A DNA stretch of 64,000 nt. Origin: Amoebophrya sp. A120. Taxonomy: Eukaryota > Protista > Dinoflagellata. A program made the translations under genes and the position numbers. The notes beneath the pieces were generated by a model. It was not told the DNA's origin. It searched no databases and was given only the letters and a program-made list of their open reading frames with translations. The stretch spans positions 6,786,358 through 6,850,357 of the forward strand of contig CAJINV010000004.1 in the NCBI GenBank assembly GCA_905178155.1. Direction: 5' to 3'. This document shows, piece by piece, positions 49,660-62,500 of the stretch (position 1 is its first letter; the number at the start of each line of letters is the position of its first letter).

Positions 49660-50433
49660 GGCTTCTTGTCCGGACTTTTCTATCCCATGAGGACAAGAAG
49701 ATTTGTTTGTAGGAGAGTAGTAGTTGTGATCTACTTCATCATCCACTACACCAACAAGATGTTGGACCTTGTACTTCGTGGAACGAACGCTCCAGTACAG
49801 ACAATGATTTTCTTTTCCATGTAGTAATGCGGACGTCAGTGGTTAAGAATTATCTGCAACAAAAAAGGTGGAAGGCTTCGTCCAGGACCGCTTTGTCGGT
49901 AAAAAGCGTCTGTTCCTCCTCTTCGTCATGTGCAAATCGTGAAGGATGGTCGCATTCGTTATTTTTTTCTTTTCAATGCGATCCTGTGTCTCTCAAGATC
50001 ACCATGATTTGATTTCAAGCCGACTATAATGTCGACGGTGATTACGCTTGTACTTTCTATGTATATGCTTCTGTTTTTGGTTATGCGCTCGCCGTCCATC
50101 GCTTGGCTAGGCTCGGTGCTGCTCTTCTCGGTTGATAAGTATATGATTTTGTGAAAGACCAGGCTGATTTTGACTTTTTATTTTCCATATTACTTTTCTT
50201 CATCGTCTTCGTCTTGCTCTTGTCTTCTTTGCTCCTGTTTCTCCTAGTAGACGAGACAAGTACAGCGCTCTACGTCGTGCCGCGCAGCTGCCCTGCATGA
50301 CGAGGAAATTATACTTCTTCGGCAGCTAGCGACAAGTTTTTGCCACCGGTCTGAAAAAATAGACCGACCGTCCTCGGATCTCTGCTTACGGTTCTATTTC
50401 CGCGCCCCCGGAGGTGGACATTAGAAGACCAAA

Positions 50434-53400
50434 ATGCGGTTCGGGCAGCACATAAAGGTGAGTCGGCACGCGCCCTGGGCCGAGTACTACTGCGATTACG
50501 AATTGCTGAAGCAAATTATCGAGGAAACGGATGCAGCCACGCAGACCGATAAAGAGGAAGGAACGACTGCCGGCAGCGGAAATAAAAGCGGTGGCGGTGC
50601 AGCAGGGGGAAGCAGTGTAACGGCAGCGACCGAACTGGGGGGTACAACTGGTACACAGGATACCAACGGATTGGTGCAAGTAGAACCTGCTGCATCTAGT
50701 TCCGCTGCACCAGACCAAGTCCAAGAGGATGCCGGCTCCGAGAAGTCTTTCGGTACCACCGGCTCGGACCACGGGGAGCAGCGCGCGAAGCCTATAGATC
50801 GCAAATCTGTCTGCGTCTGGGTCTGGGAGGATGCAAGGTTTATTGTCATGCTTGTCTGGTATGTTGACTGAAGAGTTTGTGATGCTGCGTGTCCAAGAAT
50901 AGACCCTTTTCTTTGCTTGTCAACATGCAAAAGCACAGTTTGTCATGCGGAAGGCGCAACACTAAGTAGCGCAGATATTTCTCGTGCTTGGCTGTGCATT
51001 ACAGTGACCTTTCACTATTCTTGACCCAGCATTACAAGTTTCCAGACCCAGACATATTTGCACAGCATAAGAGCCCGGGCCTCGCAACTCGCGGAGCGGA
51101 AGAAGGAACAATTTATCGCGATCTGGAAGGGCGAGCTGCAGAAGGTATATCCTGATTAAAAGCGTCCCCACACCACCAGAGTCAGGATGGGGATTTTGCA
51201 ACACAAACCTAGGAGTTTTGGGAGTCACGCATGACAAGTTTTAGGAGTCCGTAAGGTCGTGCAAGTTAGCAAGGAAAGCCGCATCACAAATCGACCTGCT
51301 GATCCTGTTTACAGCATTACAAGTTCTCAAACACGATTGGAAATGCCTGTCATGGGGTTGCGCATCAGTAGAAATGTTCCTGTCATGGCAAATCTGCATG
51401 ACAACTCAACGCACTGTGTATGCAAAGAAAAAACTGTTTCACTGTAAGTAATGATTTTGCAAGATCTGCATCACAAGTTAAAATCTGCATCATTTTGTGA
51501 AAGAAAGTACGTGAAAGAAAGTACTACGTAAATCGTCGTTAAAGAAAGAAAGTACTACGTGAAGAAGTTACGACGTAAGACATAAAATTGTAGACAAGCA
51601 TCATGTAAAAAGTAGAAGCAGATACTTCAACAGCCGCGCAGCTAGCGGGGGGGTGACTCCTGTGGTCCCCCCCCACCGGCTGTGCTTTTTCCAAAACATC
51701 CAGGAAAACCGTGTCGCGGTTCTTTTTTTTTCCAGCAAGTGGCTGGTGGGGGCGTAATATAGGATAAGGAAGTATGTAGGTCGTGAATGTAGAAAAGACT
51801 AAGAAGAGCCGTGCTGGTAAGGTAGGAAACCGGAACTACTTCGATACATAAATGGGGTCGTAGTTGGGTATAGTATTTTTTGGCTGAGATAAAAAGAAAA
51901 CATCATGAACAACGAACGCGGAATCGGAGACAACGCGGCAAAGCGGGGGCAGGGGCGCGGCCTGCCAGCGAGGACACGGCAAGGGAATCGGGACAAATGG
52001 CCAGGGGCTCAAGACAAGTGCCAATGAGGGGAGCCGCGCGCACCGTTCGAGCTACAGGAGGACGAGGAGGACTAGGCCAACGTGTGGAGCGGAGGGGGAG
52101 AGCGGGGAGGACTAGGCCAACGTGTGGAGGACCAGGGATACGCGTGTGGAGCGGAGGGAGAGAACGGCTGCGAAGCGAGAACAAGTTGCTGGGGCAGGCG
52201 ACAAGTTTAAATTTGGTACAAAAAAAAACAGCACTCAGATACCCGCGCCATCTGCTTAACTGTGTGAAATATTGTGTCGGCCCGGTCCTGCTTGGTCGCA
52301 GGCCGGTGTTCGTGAGATCAGATTTCACATGTTAAGTAACGCACACCGGCTCCTAGCTTAAAAAAGTGATGAATTTACATGAAGATGGGGCCTAATCAAA
52401 AAAAAAAAAAAAATCTGCATGACAACTCTGGGGTTTGCGAGAATCAGAGTAAGGAACTGTTGGCAAAAAAAGTGAGGCGTTGTTCAGTAGGCAAGTTGGC
52501 ACAGTATGGATGGTTGCGAAGTATGGCTGGTGGCGATAACAGAGTTGGAATATAGTGGCCGGGAGATGATGGCGATGGCACTTTGGTGTCCGCCTGACCC
52601 ACCCGCCCTGCGTCTCAAGCCATCTGCGGCCATGGCACAATGGGGGGGCAAAGTGTGTCGCATTTTGTTTAGCATGACAACTCTGGGGTGGGGACGTTTT
52701 TACATAGGATAAGGTCAGTAAGTGGTTTATGGAGAAGTGGTACGAGCTGGTGACCTGGATCTACAGCAGGATAAACCGGGCGGAGTCGTTGGAGTTTGTC
52801 GTGGAAAGGCTGTTATGCATTGCACAAGTATCGCACTCGTACTGATTGCATTTATGCATTACAAATCTCCATCCCAAGGGAAAACAGCATGATAAATTCC
52901 ATTTGTCATGCTCAGGCAATTTGTAATGCAATTACTACTATGACGATACTTTTGCAATGCATAGCTGTCCTCGGAAAACTTGGACGAAATCCGGAAGAAC
53001 GACGCGTTGCTGGTAATTCTGCATTCCTTCGCGGAAGACAACTTCGCGGCCTTGCGGAAATCCGTGAAAAAATTTGACAAAACCATGGGGCCGGAATTGT
53101 ATATGTTTTTGTCTTTTTTGTCTTTTTCATCCTGACCCTTTTTGTATTTTTTGCGCGTGTAGTGGTCACCATATGATCAATGATAGATGGCGTTCTTGAC
53201 GGTGCAAACAGCTGCTGATTCATTTTGTATTGCATCAATCCCGTACAAGTACAACGCAAAACAAAAAAGCGCCACCGCCAAGCTTCTCCTTCCCAGTCTC
53301 TACTGCTCCTTCTTTGGCGCCACCTGCGAGCAGTTGTGCGTCCTCGCGAAGAAGGTGCTCTTTATGGATCTGAACCGGCAGCAGAATTTACTAAAGCCGA

Positions 53401-56400
53401 AATCATCGAGGCAAAACATGTCGGGCTTCAATCTCGCTGGACAACAAGCAGGGACCAGTAAAGGAAGCACAAATTCCTCCAGCGGGATCATGACCCAGCT
53501 GCAGGTGAAGGACAATAACCGCAGTACGTCCAGCTTACTGCACCTAGTGCAGCAGAACCGTTCCTTCTATCGCGGGCCGCACACCTCCACGTCGCAGTTA
53601 CGGTTGTCGAGGAAAAACGGGTCGTCGAGTTCGAGGCTTTCGGCGTACAGCAGAACGAAAGTCTTCCGGGAACAGAGACCGAGCCCGCTAGCGAATCCGT
53701 CGGACAATCTATTGAAAGGAAAAACTCCCCCTTCCCATACTAAAAAGGGATACTCCTGAATAAAATTTGTGATGTTGCTGATTTGTGGCCACAAATCTTC
53801 TCTGTATTGCACGAAGGCAACGCCAGAGACTCCGCTGCGCTGTCGTGCAGGCAGTTTGTAATGCTGTATCGCCTGCAGAGGATATGCCAGTCTTGCTACG
53901 CGCCTACACCAAAACGCTCCTATAATTCAGGCTGTGCATCTGCCTGCAGTCCTCTACTGCAAGACAGAGCCGATTTGTGTATACAAATCCCGCATCACAG
54001 ATTTTCATTTTGATATGGGGAGGGGAGATTTTTCATTTTGATACAATCTGAAGTCGGAAATCTCCTGGCTCTACGACACGGTGGCGTCTCTGGATAACCG
54101 TAAGGGACTACATTCATACTGACTTTTGAAAAAAAAACATGATTTTCGTCTTCTGGATCTGGATCTAGCATGATAGTCAGTGGAGAAACACCAGGAGAAC
54201 CAGAACGACCCGCCTCGTGTGATGTGGTCGTGCTAGTACAACTGCAAAAATATTACAAAATTCCAAACCACTTTTATCTATATCAGGTCTTGCCAATGCC
54301 ATCGTCTCTCACCGTGGGTTTCATGGCAATGACGACGCCCGACCGGTGGAGAATTCCCTCCCGGCCTACGAGCTCGCTTGGTCGGCCGGTTTACCCTATT
54401 GCGAGTGCGACGTAATTATGCACTGCAAAAGTATTATACTCGTACTAATCGCGTTCATGCATTACAAATTTCTTTCTTAAGTCCAATCCGCATTAGCATT
54501 ACAAGTTTCACTTATCACGTTGAGGAGATTTGTCATGCGGTTTATAGTACTAGTACGATGCTTTTGCATGATTTCATAGTAATCTGCACCCGGGACGGAA
54601 AAATCATTCTCACCCACGACAGCACTTTGAAAAGGGTGGCTCTCCTCGACTCCCCCCTCGCCGGCCCGGTGGACATTGTGAACGCGGATGGGACGACCAC
54701 GGCTGGGCAAAACACAAAAGCGAAAAGTAAGCTGTATCAAGACGTCGGGGAACTCGATTTCCGGCAAATTGTGAAAACGCCGTTGCTATGCACTGCAAAT
54801 ATGTCTGGGTCTGGGAGATTGCGAGATTTGTCATGCTTGTCTCACATGACTCTTGAATCTGTAATGCATGAGCAGGAAGGCAGCCTCTTACCTGTCATGC
54901 AAAAAGGCAGTTTGTCATGCGGGAGGCGAAACACATAGGACCTCAGAAACTTGTCATGCGTGGCTGCATAACGCAGTGCGCCCACCATTCACACACTGGC
55001 ATCACAAGTTTCCAGACCCAGACATTTTTACAGTTGATAGTTACGCTCGGGCGTCAGACCACCGTTGCTCACCGAAGTTCTCCACTCTGCCGCGGCGATT
55101 TATCCTGTGCAAAAGTATCGTATTCGTATAAATGCATTACAAATTCCCTCAGCATGAGAAATAAAATTTGTAATGGGGATTTACCTTAAGAAAAGGATTT
55201 GTAATGCAAGACTTGCATTTATACGAGTGCGATACTTTTGCACGGGATACGATTTCTGACAATGCGAAACTGATCATCGAGCTGAAGTACGGCAACGTGA
55301 CCACGAATCCGAACCCGCGCGGCAGCCCACCCAGACCGAGAAGCGGCAACTTGAATAAGAAGGAAATAAATGGTGGAAATAATGACAGCAGTACTAGTAG
55401 GTCGACCTCGAAAACTACAGGCAACATCAATAATAAGCTCGGAAAGAAGCTGTACTACACGCTAGAGCCCATGGGGCTTGCCGCGCAGCCAGTGAGTGGT
55501 CACAATTTACTGCAGCAGCCCAGCTCTTCTAGCTCTTGCTGTAGCACGCCAGACCACAAGTCAAGTTCCACGCCCTCCAGTAATATCATCTCGGAAACCC
55601 GGTCGAGCAGCAAAAAGTCTTCCTCCCGAAGTCCGACTTTTTCTCCCACAAATTTGGCGGGGATAGGGGAAGACAAAGAAGTTACCTCGCCGCCCCCATA
55701 TGGGAATAAAACAAGTGCAAGTCGCGGTGACCAACCGAGCGAATTCATGCTAGAAGACGAAAATGGCACGATGACGCTTGGAACATCTTCAAAAAACCTG
55801 GATCCTGATCCATTTGGCGCTCCTTTATCAAATGCACTATCGAAGCAAATCACGATCACATCCCCCGACCTCGATCCGAAGGACGGGAGTTTCCGACTCG
55901 AGGAAAACGAAATTACCGCTTCGACCGCTATGAAATGCAAATATGCTTGGGTCTGGGAGATTGCGAGATTTGTCATGTTAGTCTGGCATGACTCCGAACT
56001 CTGTATCGCGTGGCCGCGAAGAGCTCCTCTTGCCTGGCATGCAACAACGCAGTATCTCATGCGGAGTACGCAACTCAGAACCACGCCAAAACTTGTCATG
56101 CTGGGCAGCGCATTGCAGTGTTTTCACTACTTCCTTCCTTGCATCACGAGTTTCCAGACCCAGACATGTTTGCAATGCATAATCGCCACGGGCCTGCACA
56201 TGCCAGACGACCACTCGACCTCAGTGACCGTCTCGATCTCGGGACAAGACGCCGAGGGCAGTAGCGTCAACGTAAACCTGAACGATGACGACGGCTGCAG
56301 CAGCTCCATCTTTGCGGCCTTTGCGACGCGCGCTGCCGAGCAACAACAAAATAATACGTCAAATCTGTCTTCGCCCGGGATGGTGACCGTGTACCGTTTG

Positions 56401-58272
56401 ATAGAGCTCTTCAAATATCCTGTGCAAAAGTATCGTACTCGTATTGCAATCATGCATTAAAGGTTATTGAGCATTACAAATTTCATTTCTCAAGCTGGGG
56501 AAATTTGTAATGAATTAATACGAGCAGGAGCGAGTGCAATACTTTTGCAATTCATATCAAACAGGACTTGTCGCTGGTGAAGTCTGTCGGCGTGATTATG
56601 AGCTTTGACCTGTACGTCATGGGCGAACTGGCGAAGCTGTGGGCCGCAGAGGTTTGACTTCTGGTTTATGATGACACTCCTGGTAGATTGTTTTTCGCAT
56701 TTGCATACGCTGCACTTTCGTGTAGTAGAAAATGAATTTATTCGGTACGAAAACGTACCTACTATCTGAATCAAAAAAGTAAATGCTCCACACAAGAACA
56801 GCCGTTCTTAGAACGGCTGTAGTGCATATAAAACTTCCACTTCATCTCCTCTCAGATCCAGCCCCTCCTCGACGAGCTCAACGGTGGGTCTCCCGACGTC
56901 TCTATGCAGGCTCCCGAAAACAATAATACGAACACCAGCATCAGCCGAACGAGCGAGCTGAGCCTCTCCCCGAAGCGAAAAGTTGTTCCGAATGAACGAT
57001 CGACGGAACAGTTCGCGCCAGATAGCAGGTTGCGGGATTTCCTAGTCGAGACGTCGTATGCATTGCAAAAAATGACTGGGTCTGGAAGATTCTGAGACTT
57101 GTCATGCACGGTTTGTGTGAGACATGATGTCTGTGATGCATGCCATAGCATCACAGGTTTTTTGAGGGATTCTTGATGCCTATTCCGCATGACAAATGCC
57201 CTCCCCGCGTAGCAAAAATCAGAATCCTTTTGCTGCTTATGCAACACAAATTTTTTAGACATCCAAATGCAGCATCACAAGTTACATCCTTCCAGACCCA
57301 GACACTTTTGCATTCGATACGTCGAATCCAGATCCAACTCCCGGAAAGCTCCCGTTAGGGCTCCCTTTAGGGGTATCCGAGAGCAGCGCGATTAGTACCG
57401 GGCACTTATCCCCCGCGAATAATATGCCGCTGAGCCCGAGTCCGGCCGTGCAAGCGGCCGCAGCGGTGAATTTGAATTTCGAAAAAACCAACACAACTTT
57501 GATCACGGAGGTATCCTGTGCAAAAGAAGTATCGTACTCGTATTGCAATCATGCATTACAAATCTTGTTCTTAAGCTAAATCCGCATTACAAATTTTATT
57601 TCTCATGCTGCGGAAATTTGATGTGATGCATTTATACGAGTACGATACTTTTGCAATGCATAGCACGAAGACACGAACAATTTAAACCCGAACCAGATCC
57701 AGCGGCCAGATTTTCTGCTGTTGACCAACTCCCATTTGGAATTGGAAAAGCCGCAAATTTCCCCGGATCTCTATGGCGAAATTCTGTACTTGAACGCGAA
57801 AAATTTCAGCTACCGGAAACACGTGAAACCGCTTTTGCGGGTTACCCCCAACATCTCCCTGGACGGAATTTACATCCAGAAAACGCCAACTCTGTCCACC
57901 GAGTATGCCACACAGGTCCGGGAGATCGCAAATCATTGCATTCTCGGGGTGTGGTTGGCGCACGACGATGTAGATACGTACCACGAAACGAAGAAGCTGG
58001 TGGAACTAGGCGCGAGCTACGTGAATACGGATTTGCCGCTGGATTGGAACCGAGGCAGGGAAGACGGCCCGCCGGGGCGGTGGGACTGGAGTCTGAGCGA
58101 GCGGTCCGGGGGCTCCAGTAGTCGGGCGGCGGGCGGTGCTGGAAATAGCATGCTGGGTGGCGGAGTGGTGGCGGGACCCGGCATGTTTGGTGCGGGTATG
58201 AGCTCATTCACGCTAGGGGGAAAGTCACAGCACCATGCCAGTGGCGCGTATACGGATGGGGAGTTTGCATAG
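50434..58272 (+). CDS. SPX-domain glycerophosphodiester phosphodiesterase (SPX-GDPD fusion)
   Basis: SPX: MRFGQHI..WAEYYCDYELLKQII and KGELQKVSKWF. GDPD: IVSHRG, ENSLPAYELA, ECDVICTRDGKIILTHD, PPLLTEVL, LIIELK, IMSFD, VNTDLP. 11 introners plus GT-AG introns 53013-53186, 54100-54286, 56652-56855. Confidence 0.9.
50793..51069. mobile_element. Introner-like element, family A
   Basis: TIR; repeat degenerate (AAGCC/AGAGC), but removal of the element plus 5 nt is in frame. Confidence 0.8.
51148..52711. mobile_element. Long (1.56 kb) introner-like element, family C ends
   Basis: Repeat AGGTA/AGGTC; removal gives ELQKV-SKWFMEK of the SPX domain. Confidence 0.85.
52814..52963. mobile_element. Introner-like element, family B
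   Basis: Direct repeat GCTGT. Confidence 0.9.
53710..54043. mobile_element. Introner-like element, family D (opposite orientation to 46504-46826)
   Basis: Direct repeat CAATC. Confidence 0.9.
54417..54578. mobile_element. Introner-like element, family B
   Basis: Direct repeat GTAAT; splits ECDV-ICTRDG. Confidence 0.9.
54787..55039. mobile_element. Introner-like element, family A
   Basis: Repeat GTTGC/GTTAC. Confidence 0.9.
55101..55249. mobile_element. Introner-like element, family B
   Basis: Direct repeat CGATT; similar to 60814-60959. Confidence 0.9.
55929..56181. mobile_element. Introner-like element, family A
   Basis: Repeat ACCGC/ATCGC. Confidence 0.85.
56416..56556. mobile_element. 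Introner-like element, family B
   Basis: Direct repeat TCAAA. Confidence 0.9.
57057..57319. mobile_element. Introner-like element, family A
   Basis: Direct repeat CGTCG; reverse-orientation relative of 6231-6494. Confidence 0.9.
57512..57662. mobile_element. Introner-like element, family B, GT-AG compatible
   Basis: TIR; GT(57511)-AG(57663) splicing is in frame; no 5-bp repeat. Confidence 0.85.
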
Positions 58273-59518
58273 TAGCTCGACGTTGTCACTCTCACTTGTG
58301 GGAGAGCACTGGCAGGAAGGGTAAAACAGAAAAAAAACGGATGTTTTCTGCCGGGAAATAAGTTGTACTAGATGTACATCCAAATGAACAACGTTTGTCA
58401 TTTTTTTTTGGGACTCCAACACACAACACATCGAAAGACGTATTTTATGATACAAGAGAAAAACACATCACTTGTACTACCTGTATTTGGATTCTGTCTC
58501 GAAAAAGTAGCGACATCATTAATTTTCCTGTTTGGTTTTTTCGGTGTATAGCTACACTAGATTGAAATTTGAACTTTTACTTTTTGAAACAACTCCTGCT
58601 TGTCAATAGAAATAGTCCAGAAGCTGAGCGGCCAAGCGCTCGTGTCAATACAAGAACACAACACTCTAACAATAAGAATAACACGTAAGAACTTCCGGAT
58701 TGATGATTTTTTTAAACGATAACGAACAATCGCTGTTATTAGGTAAATACAACTTTAGAAAAAGTCTGCTAAAGTCAGCATCATCGGGACCGAAATGCAA
58801 TAGACTATCGAAAGAGGACACTTCTTGAAATAAATCAACTTTGACGTTACCTACTTCACCTCCCGCTTGTACTTCATCGTGGTTTGATTTTGAATATCTG
58901 CTAGTTTTTAGAGCAGTTCCAATACAGATTGCACAGCGACGCTATTGCCGAGTGAGTGGATTGCGCTAGCGCTGGCGCACAAAGGAGCGCGTTGATGCCG
59001 GCGTATTTTTCTACTTAGTTTGTTCTCCGTTCTGGCCCTCTGCCACGGACGGATAAAGCAAACATGACCATGTTGACCTTCATTCGCCTAGTACAACTGC
59101 CCTGTTGCAGCGGGATCACTACTTTCACTACCTGAGAAGCGATTCTACAGAGGTATAAAATTCTAGTTTTTGTGGCCGATGACGATGAGTCGCAAGAACT
59201 CTTCTGAGATTCTTTCGCCTTCCTGCTCCCAACGCTGCACCTGGCGGTCTTATCTTATGGGGAGGTACTAGTAGTAACCAGCTGTACTCGTCGTGGTGCA
59301 CCACGCCACACTACTTCTAGCCCTCTTCTTCACTGCTGGAAGATGTTACGAACCGAGTCCAACGGAGAGTCGAGTCCCGAGCTTTCGATTTTCTAAATAT
59401 CTTTTCAACTCTTCGGAGCCTATACTATTGAAAAGAGATAATTAGGCACTAGCTCATTGCTGCATTTTTCCTGATCGCGGTTGTATTGATTTCATTTCTA
59501 CTCACGACGCACGACAAG

Positions 59519-62500
59519 ATGCCAGCGAACACGGGCGGCGGGAAAGCGGCGAAGGCCATTCAGGAGGTCGAGAGCAAGGCGCCAGAGGGACCGCCGGAAG
59601 CCGCGAAAACCGCAACAAAAGCAGTCCCGATGAAGACCGCGGCCATGAAAACTGCTGGTGCTGCACCTGCGTCGAAACAGAAACTAGCATCAAAAGAGGA
59701 CAACAGCACAAAAATTGAAGCAAAAACAACAGCGTCTTCTTCGTCTTCCTCGTCCGGCGCGACGACCACAAAGAGTAGAACTACAACTAAGCAACCTACC
59801 AACACCAAGATCAAGAAGAAACCACAGGACAACGTCGAAAAAGAAAATGAACAACAAAAACCCGACATGCACCTTGCCCAAGCGGGAAACACGGGTCGGA
59901 AGGAGCCGCGTCGGGGGGCTTTGACCCAGAAAAAAACCGCTGCATTCGGCAAGATGGGCGGCAGAGCGCAGGCACTGGATGCGTTGGAGCGGGAAAACTT
60001 TGACGACTTGTGCTTCGCGATGGAAAAAGGTACTTCATCACTCGAATACATGTTTGGTACAGCTTAAAAACAGAAGTGACAGTCAATTCATGCTGTAGTT
60101 CGAGGGTGAAGTAAAACAGGACACGTTTACAGTTTCTGCTGTAACAAGTAGTAGAGAAGTCTGTCATGCACGAATCGTGAAATCAAAATTTCTATTGCAG
60201 TATCAAAAACCAGGTATGACCGAGAAGCAGCGCTGGGAGTTTTTGGTAGAACAGGTAAAGGACATCAAGTTTATGAAGTCCTTATCCTGTGCAGAAGTAT
60301 CGTACTCGTTGTATTGCAGTCATGCATTAGCATTACAAATTTTTTTCTCAAGGTACATTATCCGCATTGCAAATTTTTTCTCATGCTGAGGGAATTTGTC
60401 ATGCATTTTTTATACGAGTGCAATACTTTTGCAGTTCATAGTCCTGGACCCGAAACAATGTGTTTCTCGACACGAAGGAAGAAGCACAAAACGCCGCCAA
60501 GCTCGGGATCGTATGAATTGCAAATATGTCCGGGTCTGGAGACCTGTGATGCTGAATTGAGCATGATTGAAGCGCTTGCAATGGCAGCCAAGCATGACAA
60601 GTTTTTGCGACGCGTTCTGATGCCTAGCACGCATTATTTGCATGACAAAGGAAGCTCCTCTTTTGCTGCTCATGCAACACAGATTTTCCAGGAATGCAAG
60701 ACACGCAACACAAGTTCCACGTGTTCCAGACCCAGACATTTTTGCATTTGATAGATCGGCCAGGAAGACAATGAGGGAAAAGAGTCGTTTGACTTGGAGG
60801 GCCAGGAGGTTGATATGACTTTCAAAAGTATCGTACTCGTATAAATGCATTACAAATTTCCTCAGCATGAGAAATAAGATTTGCAATGCTGATTTACCTT
60901 TAAGAAAAATATTTGTAATGCATGACTGCGATACGAGTGCGATAGTTTTGCACAGGATCGTTGACGAAAAGGAGCAGTTTGAAGACGAGCTAGAGGAAGA
61001 CCAACAACTCCAGAACGGCGCCGAAGAGGATGATGACGAAAAACAAAACGAGAAAGAACCCTCGAAAATGAATAACAAGAAGAAGAAACTGGGGCCGCGA
61101 TTGCAACAGGGTTACGATGTCACGAAGTTGCGAGAATTTCTCAACACGGGGTTGGTCTCCTGCCGACCCGTCGGGAAGTTGGGACAGACGATGAATCAGC
61201 CGAGCGGGATCAAGATGAGTTTTCTGATTAACGCAATTATGAAGACCGCCACCACGCGCGAACCGTTTACCTGCACCGCAAAGGATTGGTGGTACTAGTA
61301 CTAGACATGGCGCGCTGTGGTTTCTTTGTGATGTTATTTCACCTTCACAGCTTGGAAAAGAAAACTGCAGCACTCTGATGTCCTCGCATCTGGATATGCA
61401 TCTGCCATGCTGCATTTCATGTGATATACGCTTTATTCTAATACGTACGTAGAGTGACATCCTCATCGATTTATACTGATTTCCCTCAAAAGGAAAACCC
61501 AAGTATGAGTAAAATCCATGCTCTACTGTCAGGTACAGTTCTTGCACCATCAACAAAGGCGGCATTACCCGCGTACACTGCGACGCCGGAAACCTCGGCC
61601 CCTCCCGCCTGTTTTGCTTCGGTTGGGGCTTCATTGGCGGACAGACGTGGGTCATGGCGGAGGGGCATGAGGTCGACGACCCAACAGTAAAAATCGAGTG
61701 GGTGCCCACTTTTGCGGGCAACTGCAAGTCCGCAGTCCGAAACCGGGCGCAGGAGGTCAGGAAAATGCAAGACGCGGAGCGGGAAGAAAAGGCGGGCCGT
61801 GCTACGGGTGGCCGGGGGAAAATAAACTCCAGCAACCAGCACGGGGCCGCTGCTTCTGGAGGTGTGTCGTCGTCGAGTAGCAGCTCATCTACTGCGAATA
61901 AAAATGGAAAAAGCAACAACATTAACAAGCCAACCGGATTGACCGCCATTACCAGCAGCAAGAACAGTGCGCACAAACTGGAAGCGATTCGCATCATGAA
62001 GCTGGACACAAAGCAGATTATCACGGCCGACGTAGACTATCTGGATGAGGGAGGATCCTTAGCCGGGATCGCCCTCCCCTTCAAGCGAGTAGACTGCCGG
62101 AACAAGATCGCTGATTTTAACTATCCTCTGTGCAAAAGCTGTATTGCGCTCGCACTAATTCCAGGCATGAAGCACAAATCTTGTCTTTCAGTGAAAGCCG
62201 CACTACAGATTTCAGTTGTAATGCAGCTGAGAAAAGTTGTCATGCGATAGCGATTTCTACTACTAGTGAAACTGCAGCGCGATACTTTTGCAATGCATAT
62301 CAACGGCATCCTGCCCCATTGCACCACCCCTGTGTTTCCCGCCACCTGGGCAAAGGACCGAAGTCTGCGGCCCAAAGAAATCCAACACGTGGACGACCTG
62401 GAGTTTTGCGACTCGCCAGAGATGGCGCAGCTTCTCCTCGACGCGGCCAACATATCAAGCGTGAAAGTGTCTGGGTCTGGAAGATTCTGAGACTTGTCAT

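Noticed and set aside
52198-52235. ACAAGTTT...GTACAAAAAA resembling a Gateway attB1 site
   Set aside because: Interrupted, low-complexity match; no other vector sequence
51880-52335. ORF inside the long introner as a candidate transposase
   Set aside because: Low-complexity Arg/Gly product; no DDE, HUH or RT motifs
60990-62024. 344-aa minus-strand ORF
   Set aside because: Antisense shadow of the dioxygenase exons
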